DNA of 64,000 bases from a virus (taxonomy: Duplodnaviria; Caudoviricetes). Position 1 is the first letter of the stretch, and the number at the start of each line of letters is the position of its first letter. The translations under genes and the position numbers were made by a program. Shown piece by piece: positions 20,215 to 29,742 of the stretch. A model generated the notes under the pieces. The model did no database searches and was not told the origin of the DNA. It worked only from the letters and a program-made list of their open reading frames with translations. Where the stretch lies: positions 11,996 through 75,995 of the IMG/VR virus record IMGVR_UViG_3300037512_000871. One strand, written 5' to 3'.

Positions 20215-20484
20215 ATGAAAATCAAGACAAAAGAAGGTGTAAGTGCTGAAATCACAGATGAGGAAGCAAAACGTATCGCCAAAGCTGTTTATTACGAGCC
20301 TGACGTGTTCCTGAATCGTGCGCTTGACAACATCGAAAAGATGACTGGTGTGCGTCCACATGATGAAGACAGCCTCAAAAAGTTAATGTATGAAAAAATT
20401 GAAATTGGTGATGAAGAACACACGAACCTGTTTTACGAGATGATTGAAGCTATCATCGGCATGTTCGCTGTTGAATCCAATTAA
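20215..20484 (+). CDS. hypothetical protein
   Basis: RBS AAGGAG. Confidence 0.6.
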   Translation: MKIKTKEGVSAEITDEEAKRIAKAVYYEPDVFLNRALDNIEKMTGVRPHDEDSLKKLMYEKIEIGDEEHTNLFYEMIEAIIGMFAVESN

Positions 20485-20500
20485 TATAGGAGAACGAAGT

Positions 20501-21022
20501 ATGGATAGAGAAGAAAATGGTAATGGAAATCCCGCCCAGAACGCTCAATGGGGCAACATGACTTGGGGTAATCAGCCGTTTATGTACGGTGGTAAGCAGG
20601 GTGCGTCCGGTATGGATGTTGCTGCTCTTGTCCTCGGTATTGCTGGTACTGCTTTTGGTCTTGCCTCCGGCGGTCTCGGTCTGTTCAATCGTAATGGTCA
20701 GAACGGTCCGAATGGTGGTCCGAATGTTCAGGACAGGCTTGCGGCGCTTGAAGCGGCTGTGGCTGTTAATACTCAGCGCGACATTGACCTTGCTGAACAG
20801 ACTAAGCTCCAAATCGAGAATGCCAAACTTCAAGCCAAACTTGATGTTAAGGATTCTCAGGCTGTTCTCACTGCGCTTATTACTGGTGTCAACAATCAGG
20901 TCATTACGAATACTGGCACTCTTGGTTGCGTTGAAGGTAAAGTCAACGGTCTCATTAAGATTGGTATTCCTGAAGCGAATATCATTCCCGCTACTGCCGC
21001 TACTGCCTCCACTAATGGATAA
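20501..21022 (+). CDS. hypothetical protein with Gly-rich hydrophobic segment and coiled coil
   Basis: RBS AGGAG; capsid-like codon bias; AALVLGIAGTAFGL segment. Confidence 0.65.
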   Translation: MDREENGNGNPAQNAQWGNMTWGNQPFMYGGKQGASGMDVAALVLGIAGTAFGLASGGLGLFNRNGQNGPNGGPNVQDRLAALEAAVAVNTQRDIDLAEQTKLQIENAKLQAKLDVKDSQAVLTALITGVNNQVITNTGTLGCVEGKVNGLIKIGIPEANIIPATAATASTNG

Positions 21023-21034
21023 CCATTAACTTCA

Positions 21035-21063
21035 CTCCGAGGTGGTTTTGCGCCACCTCGGAG
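21035..21063 (+). terminator. GC-rich hairpin
   Basis: 11-bp inverted repeat CTCCGAGGTGG/CCACCTCGGAG; weak U-tract. Confidence 0.5.
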
Positions 21064-21082
21064 GCTTCCATAAGGATGATAT

Positions 21083-21445
21083 ATGAACGCACAAAACTTC
21101 TTGATGTCGGTTGGCTCTGCTCTTGTCAGTTTAGTAATGCCTGAATGTCATGGTGTATTTGAATCAAGCGTTGCTAGTACAGTTATTTTCAGTCAGATTT
21201 GGCGCGCTATGAAATATGTCAATCAGCATGAAAAAGAGCTTCGAGAGATGGGAATTATCGACAAGGATGGGAACGTTGATGTTGAGATGGCGTCATTCGC
21301 TGTCAGTCATGGGTTTAAGTTTCCGATTAAGGTTGGACCGTTCGTATTCAAACAGGAAGATTGGACATATATTATCAATACAATTCGTCCTAATGATATA
21401 AAAGACGTTGAGATAGTTGAAACAGACACAGGAGGTTTGAAATGA
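21083..21445 (+). CDS. hypothetical protein
   Basis: RBS AAGGA; IIDKDGNVDV motif. Confidence 0.6.
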   Translation: MNAQNFLMSVGSALVSLVMPECHGVFESSVASTVIFSQIWRAMKYVNQHEKELREMGIIDKDGNVDVEMASFAVSHGFKFPIKVGPFVFKQEDWTYIINTIRPNDIKDVEIVETDTGGLK

Positions 21446-21882
21446 CCTATAGTGAAGTTAAACAATTAAGGCGCATGGCTGTTGAGGCTGGTCTTGACGG
21501 CGCGAAGAAATTACAGAGATATTCCATTGAAGATTTGAAGAAAATTTACAACGGAATTGGCTCTGATAGTTTCCCTGAATGGTTACGAGCTGTCATATCT
21601 TACCTCCACCCCACGCTCAGACCTGTTGCCATGATTCACGATGTTGAGTGGCATAAATCAGATGGTAAAATGGCTACGTTTACGGCTTCAAATGACCGCT
21701 TCAAAGCAAACGGATATAAGATTGCAAAGTATCGTTATTGCTTCTTAGACCCACGGCGTTATATCGTTATGCATCAAGCGCGTAAATTTGCAAACGTGTG
21801 TCAGCTTTTCGGTTGGTCTGCGTGGACATCTCCTTGTGAGTGTGCTATTTGCAGAGCTAAAAGGAAGGGGAAGGCAAAATGA
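21442..21882 (+). CDS. hypothetical protein with NGxG...HD motif (phospholipase A2-like / DUF1353-like)
   Basis: YNGIGSDSFP...AMIHDVEW. Confidence 0.4.
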   Translation: MTYSEVKQLRRMAVEAGLDGAKKLQRYSIEDLKKIYNGIGSDSFPEWLRAVISYLHPTLRPVAMIHDVEWHKSDGKMATFTASNDRFKANGYKIAKYRYCFLDPRRYIVMHQARKFANVCQLFGWSAWTSPCECAICRAKRKGKAK

Positions 21883-22154
21883 CACAAACAGAGCAAAAAA
21901 TCATGGACATTTTGCTTGACATTCAGAGTAAGGTATCAAACATGAGTGCCAAGGTCCAAAACGATTACTTAGCTCTTCATGGTAACGGCAAACCCGGTCT
22001 TTTGAAAGAGGTTGAGGAGCTTACCAAGAGGGTCATAGCAATCGAAGTCAAAGATTCCACAAACCATACAGCCGCAGGTAAAGTGGCTGTTATACTCGGT
22101 TGGCTGATTACTACTATCATAGCGTTAGTCGCCTTATTCAAACCCATCGTGTGA
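21879..22154 (+). CDS. putative holin-like membrane protein
   Basis: Coiled coil, GNGKPGL motif, single C-terminal TM helix. Confidence 0.5.
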   Translation: MTQTEQKIMDILLDIQSKVSNMSAKVQNDYLALHGNGKPGLLKEVEELTKRVIAIEVKDSTNHTAAGKVAVILGWLITTIIALVALFKPIV

Positions 22155-22155
22155 G

Positions 22156-22785
22156 GTGAAAATGCCCGGTTTAATGATTTGGTGTACATGTGCCGAAAAC
22201 AACAAAGAAGTCTACCTGAAACGTGTCGCTCATTGGTACGAACAGGTAAGGTCTATTTTCGGCAAATTCAACCCGGACTATTATGTCTTTGTTGACGGAA
22301 CTATAACGGAAGACGATATAGTTAGGGCTGACCTGTCTTTGGTGAATGTGAAGTTTGTGAACCAGACACCGAAGTTAGGTCGTGCGAATGTAGCCGTGTT
22401 TCAGGGGTGGAAGCGTTCATTGAAAACTGCCCTTGAGTACGGAAGAGCATACAAATACATCATTCATATCGAGAATGACGTCAAAATCCTCCACACGGAT
22501 AAGATATTCAAATATATGAAAGAACCCGGAGTTTACATGGGGGTATGCAGAAAGTATGGATTCCCTGAAACTGCATTTATGATTCTGAACGACCAAGAAG
22601 TCAATGCAGAAATTGTAAAACATTATGCAAGTGAAGAAAATCTGTACGAACTTGCTATCGCTGAACATGTTATAGGCAGAATCGCAAACGGTAAATGCCA
22701 TTATGTGTTCAAGACCGACCGTTTAGAAGACCCCGGACGTTTTAATCCAGACTACGATTACGTTTGTCAATACCAATACACCTAA
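22156..22785 (+). CDS. putative GT-A glycosyltransferase
   Basis: VFVDG, LGR...GWKRS, YIIHIEND (DxD-like ExD motif after a hydrophobic strand). Confidence 0.5.
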   Translation: MKMPGLMIWCTCAENNKEVYLKRVAHWYEQVRSIFGKFNPDYYVFVDGTITEDDIVRADLSLVNVKFVNQTPKLGRANVAVFQGWKRSLKTALEYGRAYKYIIHIENDVKILHTDKIFKYMKEPGVYMGVCRKYGFPETAFMILNDQEVNAEIVKHYASEENLYELAIAEHVIGRIANGKCHYVFKTDRLEDPGRFNPDYDYVCQYQYT

Positions 22786-22802
22786 CATAAGGAGATAGAA
22801 GT

Positions 22803-23156
22803 ATGAAGAAACTTGTTACAATCCTCGCTTTCGCCCTCACCTTCATGGTCACTTCCTGTGGTCATAACGCCATTCAATTTTCAAAAGGAATCGGCTTTGA
22901 CGCTGGATTTGACCCAGAACACATGACTGCGCGTGTCAATCTTCGTTACGGTGAGATTCTTTCTGTCGCTTGCCGTGATAACATCGAGGTTGAAGTTGCC
23001 ACTGGTGTTAAGGGGGGTCAGGAGCAAGCCCAAGCATCTACGGAAACAGATTCTTCGCTCAAAATTAAAATCGGTCAGCAAATCAATGGTTATTTTGTTG
23101 AAGCCATTGAAGCTGGTGCAGACGCTAAAGACCTCATTCAGAAGCCAACCGAATAA
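22803..23156 (+). CDS. lipoprotein (possible spanin-like)
   Basis: Signal peptide MKKLVTILAFALTFMVTS|C with a lipobox-like end. Confidence 0.6.
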   Translation: MKKLVTILAFALTFMVTSCGHNAIQFSKGIGFDAGFDPEHMTARVNLRYGEILSVACRDNIEVEVATGVKGGQEQAQASTETDSSLKIKIGQQINGYFVEAIEAGADAKDLIQKPTE

Positions 23157-23190
23157 CAGACCCCAACTCCTCCTTGGGTTTACATAAAGT

Positions 23191-23230
23191 GAGGCTCTCA
23201 GGTGTGGTTCCCTGAGAGCCTCTTTATTTA
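23191..23230. terminator. bidirectional terminator between convergent modules
   Basis: 12-bp stem GAGGCTCTCAGG/CCTGAGAGCCTC with flanking T and A tracts. Confidence 0.8.
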
Positions 23231-23233
23231 TGC

Positions 23234-23836
23234 TTAAAGAACTGCACCCGGTACAAATTCTTCGGAATCAAAGCATTTAGCCTCTGTAAATCCGTAGTTT
23301 GCACCGTGAGCCGCAATCATAATTATTTGAATACCAAGCGTTTTTGACAGATATTCAAGTAACTTGCCAACCATAGGCTGATAGTTGGTACTCACAGCTC
23401 CGGCGGGTTCATCGAGGATTAAAGTACGCCTCAATTTCCTCTTGTCCATACAGAGAACGGCAACACGCAGGGCTATAGCAACCATATCTGCAATACCGTC
23501 TCCGTTCTGGCTCCGAATGTCAAATATCTCCTCGCCCTTGTAAAGATACATGGAACAGGACATATTGCCGTACTTGACATTGAAATCGAGGACAAACTTA
23601 TAATCCGAATCGAAAACGAACTTCAAGGTATCTGTTACGATTTTGCTCACATTCACACTAATCGTTTCAAGCGTGTAAGTGGCTGTTTCCTTGACGTAAG
23701 CCTGTAATGCCAGTGCAAGGTCGTATTCCAGATTAAGTGCCGTCAAATCGCTTTCGTAGCGGCTTAATGCTGATTTTGCCTTGTCCCGGTTGTACGAGGC
23801 AATATCAATATAGTGTTGCATGTCTTTTATCGTCAT
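23234..23836 (-). CDS. SbcC/Rad50-like ATPase, C-terminal half
   Basis: Degenerate ABC signature (SQNGDG), Walker B LILDEP, H-switch MIAAH. Confidence 0.75.
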   Translation of the reverse strand: MTIKDMQHYIDIASYNRDKAKSALSRYESDLTALNLEYDLALALQAYVKETATYTLETISVNVSKIVTDTLKFVFDSDYKFVLDFNVKYGNMSCSMYLYKGEEIFDIRSQNGDGIADMVAIALRVAVLCMDKRKLRRTLILDEPAGAVSTNYQPMVGKLLEYLSKTLGIQIIMIAAHGANYGFTEAKCFDSEEFVPGAVL

Positions 23837-23837
23837 A

Positions 23838-24107
23838 TCAGACACCTTCGAGGAACTTGGAATACTTCTCTTGGAACTTGGCGAGACCTTCATCGAGTTC
23901 CTGTTGTTTCCTGTTGAGTTCCGTTGTGATTTCCTCAATGGACAGCTTGATTGCCTGAGCCAAATCGTTACCTGCTTTGACCTTTTCGGCTATGCGTGGA
24001 TTCTGCATAGCCTGTTCCTTCAAAGCTGACATTTTACCTAAAGCCTTGTTGTACTGTGACTTGGCTTCTTCGATTTTGGATTTGTATTCGGAGATTGAGT
24101 TATTCAT
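23838..24107 (-). CDS. small coiled-coil protein
   Basis: Heptad-rich 89 aa within the sbcCD cluster. Confidence 0.65.
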   Translation of the reverse strand: MNNSISEYKSKIEEAKSQYNKALGKMSALKEQAMQNPRIAEKVKAGNDLAQAIKLSIEEITTELNRKQQELDEGLAKFQEKYSKFLEGV

Positions 24108-25053
24108 ACATCGCCTCGAACATGGTTAAAAGTTTGTCGTGGTTTGGGTCGTTTGCAATAATGTGCTTGAAGTTGTCTTTGAAGCTAAGGGAAAGCTCAA
24201 AGCTATCGTCAATCGTGTTCATCATGCCGCTTATCTTGGCGTAGAGTGCTTTCTTCTCGTCAATATGTTCGCGGTGGATGTCGTAGGTCAAAGGCAACGG
24301 ATAATCTTCAACGTTCAGGATTAGGTTGCTGTCCATGTCGTATTCAATAATCGTAGCCTTTGGTTTGTAGTCGATTTGGTCGGCGCGTAATCTGAAAACC
24401 GAACCACAGTTGATACAGGCTATGCCATTAATCTCCTGTGAGAACGGTTTATGATAGTCGCCGGAAATAATCAACCGTGTATTCTCTGACGTACAGTTCT
24501 TGACAAACCATTCGATGTTGTTTTCTTCCTTGGCTTCATCAAACGGTTTATCCTTGTAGTACATCCCTTTGTGCATGACAATAATGGGTCTGCCGTTCTT
24601 TTTAACAGTACCGTCATGCAAATCATCGGAATAGTACACAGGATAATACAAACCCTGATTCTTGTCAAGGTGTCTGAATACACCCATATTCGCCATAAGC
24701 GTGTAGGGAGAACGTTTCAGCTCGTCAGGATTACCACCCATGCTGTCGTGGTTTCCCGGTATGCAAATAAGGTTGCCAACACGATTAATGCCGTTAGCTC
24801 CTCTGCAAGCATTATCGAGTTGACTTAACCAACCTGCACATTGAATAAGAAACTGCATTGTGTTTGTACGCCAAGAATCAAAAATGTCTCCTGCGATTAC
24901 AATGTGATTCACGCGCTGTTTCTTTGCCAATGTAGCGATAAACTGGATTTTGTTGTCGATTGTTGCAATCCAATCTTCCTGTTCATCACGGCACTCAGGC
25001 TTGTTTTCCTTTAAGTGCAGGTCAGCCAAAACAAGGATTTTATGGATTCTCAT
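24100..25053 (-). CDS. SbcD/Mre11-like metallophosphoesterase nuclease
   Basis: ADLH, AGDIFD, PGNHD, GDYH motifs. Confidence 0.88.
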   Translation of the reverse strand: MRIHKILVLADLHLKENKPECRDEQEDWIATIDNKIQFIATLAKKQRVNHIVIAGDIFDSWRTNTMQFLIQCAGWLSQLDNACRGANGINRVGNLICIPGNHDSMGGNPDELKRSPYTLMANMGVFRHLDKNQGLYYPVYYSDDLHDGTVKKNGRPIIVMHKGMYYKDKPFDEAKEENNIEWFVKNCTSENTRLIISGDYHKPFSQEINGIACINCGSVFRLRADQIDYKPKATIIEYDMDSNLILNVEDYPLPLTYDIHREHIDEKKALYAKISGMMNTIDDSFELSLSFKDNFKHIIANDPNHDKLLTMFEAMYE

Positions 25054-26096
25054 ACTTCACCTATAACTTGTCCGCAAGTTGGGCAAACAGTACCGACCAG
25101 AGCATGAAGTTTGTCCTCGTACTCTTTATACATGTTCTTTGCCTGTTTTCCTTGCTGAATCAGTGTTTTGAATGTGGATTGTTCGGCTTGCAGTTCGTTG
25201 AGGTTCTGACGATACTCAACAATGTCGTGCTGAATACGGCTGAGGGAAATAATATCAGATTCAGCCTCAGTGATGTTATTGTTCTGCAACTTGACAACAA
25301 CATCCTTGAGCTGGCTTCTCAGCAGTCTGATTTCGTACAGCTCGTTATACTGCTCATCCGCAACCTGTTTGAGTTGTTCCAGTACACACAGGTCTTTATC
25401 TGCATCGGCGTAGCGTTCATAACCAGCCATAGCGCGTTCAATCCAAAACAGCTTGTCTTTGTACTCGGTAATTGCTTTTAGTTCTTCTTGCAATTTAACG
25501 CAAACGTCACGGTCGGCAGTGTATGCTTTCAGCAATCCAGCCGCCATGTCAACATCAGCGTAAAAAGCAAGCTCTTCTTTAGCCTTTGAGATACAGACTT
25601 TGAGTTTCTCCACACTATCGGCAGTCTGTTTGACATAACGATTTGTGTTTGACGTAACGGTCTGAATCTCGTTAAGGTCAAGCATCGTACTGAACTGTTC
25701 CGCTGTTTCAGAACCTTTGTAGTAGACCATAAACGGCAAATCTCGTCTGTCCTGAATCGAGATAACGTCCATGTTCACCAGTAATGCAATATCACCGGGT
25801 ACACTGGTTCTGAACGACTTATACAGATTGTCATTCAGCTTGTAGGTATTGCTTGAGGCACTGTACGACCTCTCAATCACATTACCGTCAATCGTTGCTG
25901 ATACGGTGCATTTCTGAGTGCCGTGTTTGACGAGCTTGCTTGAATCTCCGTCATTCATCAACACCCACTTCAACCCACGGAATATGGCTGTCTTACCTGA
26001 ATCCGTAGGTCCTGTGATAACGTTGACACCTTCAATGAAGTTCAACGTAATGTTCTCGTGTTTCTGTAGATTGGTAGCTTTTAATTGCTCAATCAT
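25050..26096 (-). CDS. SbcC/Rad50-like ATPase, N-terminal half ending at the zinc hook
   Basis: Walker A GPTDSGKT, coiled coil, terminal CPTCG. Confidence 0.85.
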   Translation of the reverse strand: MIEQLKATNLQKHENITLNFIEGVNVITGPTDSGKTAIFRGLKWVLMNDGDSSKLVKHGTQKCTVSATIDGNVIERSYSASSNTYKLNDNLYKSFRTSVPGDIALLVNMDVISIQDRRDLPFMVYYKGSETAEQFSTMLDLNEIQTVTSNTNRYVKQTADSVEKLKVCISKAKEELAFYADVDMAAGLLKAYTADRDVCVKLQEELKAITEYKDKLFWIERAMAGYERYADADKDLCVLEQLKQVADEQYNELYEIRLLRSQLKDVVVKLQNNNITEAESDIISLSRIQHDIVEYRQNLNELQAEQSTFKTLIQQGKQAKNMYKEYEDKLHALVGTVCPTCGQVIGEV

Positions 26097-26295
26097 CGAA
26101 ACCTCCTGTATTGTTCTCAAGAATTAAACGATAATCGGGCAGCATAAACTTTTTAGCCAGTCTTTTAGCCACGCGAATATCCTGTACTCCGTAGTTGATA
26201 AGACGAATAGCCTGACGCTTATGCAGTCCGGTTATCTTACATACCTGCTCTGTGGTAAGTCCCATCTGAGCAACAATGTTAAACAGCTTTGTCAA
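26089..26295 (-). CDS. small HTH protein
   Basis: GLTTEQVCKITG Xre-like HTH pattern. Confidence 0.5.
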   Translation of the reverse strand: MTKLFNIVAQMGLTTEQVCKITGLHKRQAIRLINYGVQDIRVAKRLAKKFMLPDYRLILENNTGGFDD

Positions 26296-26695
26296 GGGTA
26301 GCCACCGAAATTCTTATTTTTGGTGTGTCACTGTATAACTTGAATGAGTGCCTGACAGCTATTAAACTATCGTCTGCCCATAGAATCCCTGTTAAGGCGT
26401 CTTGCAGGGCTTTTCCGCAGTTGTCAATGTCTGGTCTGGTAATCTTATAGACCGGGTTGCCTTTGAGCGATTTTGGGGGCTTAAAATAAAAACCAAAGTG
26501 TACCTCCAATGGAATACCACTAAAAAGAGGTATGGTTTCATGTTTCAAATCCTCTGTAACGTATTCGGCAACCTGTTTCTTGAAGTTTACGACTTTTGCA
26601 GGTTGGTAGGTGGTGATATGCTTTCCGATACGGCGAACCCTTACGGATTGAACAGGGATTACCTCAAAAGGAATCTCTATTTCGTATCGAGCCAT
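26279..26695 (-). CDS. rusA: RusA-family Holliday junction resolvase
   Basis: RPDIDNCGKALQDALTGILWADDS motif. Confidence 0.9.
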   Translation of the reverse strand: MARYEIEIPFEVIPVQSVRVRRIGKHITTYQPAKVVNFKKQVAEYVTEDLKHETIPLFSGIPLEVHFGFYFKPPKSLKGNPVYKITRPDIDNCGKALQDALTGILWADDSLIAVRHSFKLYSDTPKIRISVATLDKAV

Positions 26696-27708
26696 TATTC
26701 ACCTCCCATTAATTCAGACCAAAACTCGGAACCCTGCTTTTGAATCAGACCATAGTAATCACAGAGTTTGATGAAATACTTATAGTCAAATTCATCAGGA
26801 ACCAGCTCGAAGTAAGGAACACCACCAAGAGGAAGACGAACCAGTTTATCCCATAGGGCAAGTTCACCGTTCTTTTTGGCATCCTCAATCTTTTTGACAA
26901 GGAGTGATGGTTTTCCTGATGGTGTTCTGATTGTTCCGGTAAGCAGATATTCAAGCGCACGATTCTCACCGATACCTCTAACACCCGGAACCGCATCAGA
27001 GTGACACCCAGCCAATGCTTTCACGTCAGCAAATCGACTTGGATGTAGACCACGGAGTTTTGGGCTGTTCATGGCTCTCGTTTCGTTGTAGACAGTAACG
27101 TTATTGCCGCCACCGTATTCCCTGACCGAAGCCATAGCCACGTTTTTTCTGATGAGCTGGATGTAATCGTTATCGTCAGAGTAGATAACAAAGTATCTGT
27201 CAGGGTAGGAATCAACAATACTGGCAATAATATCGTCACCTTCATATCCGTCAGCCTTGTAGCAGTTCTTGAAGCCGAGTTTTGGAACTACCTCAGTCTC
27301 AATGATTTTCCAGAAATACTCACACTCTTTACGGATTTGCAGGTTTTTATCCATAGCCTCCGTAGTCCTTTGGCTTGTGTGTGGCATTTCTTTTTCAGGA
27401 TTCCAGCCAGCCCGATTGTTTTTATAATCAGGATAGAGCTTACGCCTGATACTGGTTTCCCTTGAACAGTCCCATGCAAACACTAACTTTGTGGTGTTAA
27501 GTGCTTTGCAAATGAACTCGATTTTATCAAAGAAACAGTTCAGGATAGTAGCCTCACGCTCTTCCTGACTTCTTACATTAGGATAGTTTTTGTATGCCTT
27601 GAATGTAGCGTTCCAGCATACACAACGGCTGTCAACTAAAATGGTAATGCGGTCTTTCGGCATATTCAGGAAGTTGACAGCTCGTTCACGGTTCGTTAAG
27701 TTTGGCAT
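26695..27708 (-). CDS. 5'-3' (flap) exonuclease, T4 RNase H / T5 D15-like
   Basis: RRKLYPDYKNNR, YEGDDIIA, SDDND, SDAVPGVRGIGE. Confidence 0.88.
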   Translation of the reverse strand: MPNLTNRERAVNFLNMPKDRITILVDSRCVCWNATFKAYKNYPNVRSQEEREATILNCFFDKIEFICKALNTTKLVFAWDCSRETSIRRKLYPDYKNNRAGWNPEKEMPHTSQRTTEAMDKNLQIRKECEYFWKIIETEVVPKLGFKNCYKADGYEGDDIIASIVDSYPDRYFVIYSDDNDYIQLIRKNVAMASVREYGGGNNVTVYNETRAMNSPKLRGLHPSRFADVKALAGCHSDAVPGVRGIGENRALEYLLTGTIRTPSGKPSLLVKKIEDAKKNGELALWDKLVRLPLGGVPYFELVPDEFDYKYFIKLCDYYGLIQKQGSEFWSELMGGE

Positions 27709-28018
27709 CTATAATAGCTCTCCTACAGTAATCTATGGAGCGTTGCATTTTTCTTGATACACGTTCGGCGTTATTTAGAGTTACGTTAGGGACTTGTACC
27801 GTACATTCAACGTAGGCTCTATCTCGTCCTTCGCTGATATTCATGGCGTAACACCAAGCCTCATCCGTAAGCCCTGAACGTTTCCTGAAATCCAAGTAAG
27901 CCCGATTCCTCACGACCATTTCCTTGTAATCGGCTACGGTCATATTTGATTCAGGAATGTCGGACAGGTTGATTGTAAAGGAATCGTCTTCGGGGTTCTC
28001 TAAATAACGCTTCTTCAT
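27686..28018 (-). CDS. hypothetical protein, possible HTH
   Basis: RKRSGLTDEAWCYAMNIS. Confidence 0.5.
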   Translation of the reverse strand: MKKRYLENPEDDSFTINLSDIPESNMTVADYKEMVVRNRAYLDFRKRSGLTDEAWCYAMNISEGRDRAYVECTVQVPNVTLNNAERVSRKMQRSIDYCRRAIIDAKLNEP

Positions 28019-28020
28019 GT

Positions 28021-28218
28021 TCAGAAATCCGGTAGACGTGCTTCGCCTGCGTGTTGCAAGTCATACACGTGTTGTTCACAGATTGAATCCACCTTTTCGA
28101 TAAGTTCCTTGATGGATTCTTCGTATTCAGGCTTAACCTCATTCTCGTTGAGTTTGACTTCAAGAGCTATGGATTCGTAAGCCTTGGTCTGCATGGTTCG
28201 TCTGTAAGAAATTTCCAT
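28021..28218 (-). CDS. hypothetical protein
   Basis: RBS AAGG; in operon. Confidence 0.6.
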   Translation of the reverse strand: MEISYRRTMQTKAYESIALEVKLNENEVKPEYEESIKELIEKVDSICEQHVYDLQHAGEARLPDF

Positions 28219-28234
28219 TGTTGTTTACCTTATT

Positions 28235-28262
28235 GGGGTGGTGGTTGTTATGCCACCACCCC
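28235..28262 (-). terminator. hairpin downstream of SSB
   Basis: 10-bp inverted repeat GGGGTGGTGG/CCACCACCCC. Confidence 0.55.
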
Positions 28263-28269
28263 TGTTTTG

Positions 28270-29307
28270 TTAAGCGTCAATATCGAAGTCACCAAGCTCG
28301 AAATCATCGCTCTGCTGAACTTCCTCTTCCGTGGCAAATCCAGTCTGCGGCGGTTCATCAGCGGCTTTGGTATCAAGGGTTTCGACCTCTTCCCTCGTGC
28401 TGACAGGACGCTCAATACCAGTAGATGCCGCCTCTTCAATAGCGATTTCCACATCAGGCTGTGTTGCAACCTCTTCCTGTTTGGGAGCCGCAACATTAAC
28501 CGGACGCTCATCAATCAGAGCATACAGTTCCTCGTAAGACGGAGCATCAGGAATCAGCAGGTCAAGGTCAGCCACATAATCAAAGAGCTGTTCAGGAAGC
28601 ATCTTGGACGTGGAAAGGTCGAGCTTCACATCAAGCAACTGCATCATCTGCTTGGACTTCGGGTTGGTAGCAACAGCCGGAGCCATGCCGAACCGAGCAG
28701 TGAACCAGTAACCAAGTTCAATGTCGGAGTAGCTGTAGATTTTATCAGCTTCTTTCGGCTTGAACTGCTCTTCTGCTTTCAGAGCTTTGTCGAAAATGGG
28801 AATGAAATAGAACTCGGTGCATTTGACAACACGAGGAACGACCTTCACACTGCCGCTTTCAGTAGGAGTTTTGAATACGGCATTGAACAGAAGCATCTTT
28901 TTGGGTCTGAGCTTGCTGTACGGAGACTGATTTGTCTTGTCGTTCTTGATTTCATCCCAATGCGCCGCAACAGTCTCGCACAGGGGGCATTTCTTGCCGT
29001 AAGTGGTCGGACACACAACTGTACGACCATCCGGCAGATTATGGGTTTTGTAGCGTCTGAAAGCACTGAACTCACCGGGTTTCGTGCCACCTGCATTGAC
29101 AGCCTTTGTGGTCTGGAAGTCAACGATACGCATGATAGCCTCTTCCGGTTTGTCATTCTGGGGCCACCAGAGCTTCACACCTTTCGGAAGTGTACTGGTG
29201 TTAAGAATCTCCCTGAAATTGCCAGTGAGGACAGCTTTTGCCGCCGCCACTCGTGCATCATGAGATTCGCGCATACGTTTGATGTCAGCCATTGTGAAAT
29301 TGCTCAT
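28270..29307 (-). CDS. single-stranded DNA-binding protein (T4 gp32-like)
   Basis: H...CPTTYGKKCPLC zinc motif, long acidic C-terminal tail. Confidence 0.75.
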   Translation of the reverse strand: MSNFTMADIKRMRESHDARVAAAKAVLTGNFREILNTSTLPKGVKLWWPQNDKPEEAIMRIVDFQTTKAVNAGGTKPGEFSAFRRYKTHNLPDGRTVVCPTTYGKKCPLCETVAAHWDEIKNDKTNQSPYSKLRPKKMLLFNAVFKTPTESGSVKVVPRVVKCTEFYFIPIFDKALKAEEQFKPKEADKIYSYSDIELGYWFTARFGMAPAVATNPKSKQMMQLLDVKLDLSTSKMLPEQLFDYVADLDLLIPDAPSYEELYALIDERPVNVAAPKQEEVATQPDVEIAIEEAASTGIERPVSTREEVETLDTKAADEPPQTGFATEEEVQQSDDFELGDFDIDA

Positions 29308-29324
29308 AGTCTTCTCCTTTGGGA

Positions 29325-29648
29325 TTAGTTATTGGTGTGGTTCAGAAACATATCACGTGCGAAATCAAGTTCAGCTTTGTAACAATCGACCTTTGCCTGA
29401 GCATTTGTAACACTCGCGTTAAGGTTGGCAAATTCAGCGATTGTCATACTCCTGATGCATTCTTCGGAGTATTTAGCACCGAGCAGTTTTTCCTTGTAAA
29501 GTTCGGTACGTTTGGTGTGTCTTGCCTTGTCATATTCAGCAGTGAGTTCGGCAAGTTCCAATCTCGCATTCTCGTAATTGCTCAGAGCTTTTGCGTAGTT
29601 CAGCTTGAGTTCTTCGATGTTGTTGAGGGTTGCGACTAATTCAGCCAT
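29325..29648 (-). CDS. UvsY-like recombination mediator (putative)
   Basis: Short helical protein next to SSB; K.SE..I pattern. Confidence 0.4.
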   Translation of the reverse strand: MAELVATLNNIEELKLNYAKALSNYENARLELAELTAEYDKARHTKRTELYKEKLLGAKYSEECIRSMTIAEFANLNASVTNAQAKVDCYKAELDFARDMFLNHTNN

Positions 29649-29688
29649 TGTTGTTCTCCTGTTTGGGTTGTGAGGACTGCTTAAGTAT

Positions 29689-29716
29689 AATATAGCACAC
29701 TTAAAGCAAAAATCAA
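29689..29716 (-). promoter_or_regulatory. promoter TTGATT-N16-TATATT
   Basis: Consensus match on - strand with upstream A/T tract. Confidence 0.65.
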
Positions 29717-29742
29717 GCGAAAATCAATAAAAAGTTGAAAAT

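Noticed and set aside
23159-23180. Small hairpin with CTCCTCC (anti-SD-like) loop
   Set aside because: Single short weak stem beside a terminator; insufficient evidence on its own
23837-23938. N-terminal extension of the SbcC C-half in the ORF track
   Set aside because: Overlaps the upstream coiled-coil gene; ATG 23836 has an RBS and is the likelier start
28267-29328. 353-aa + strand ORF opposite SSB
   Set aside because: Antisense shadow, non-protein-like composition
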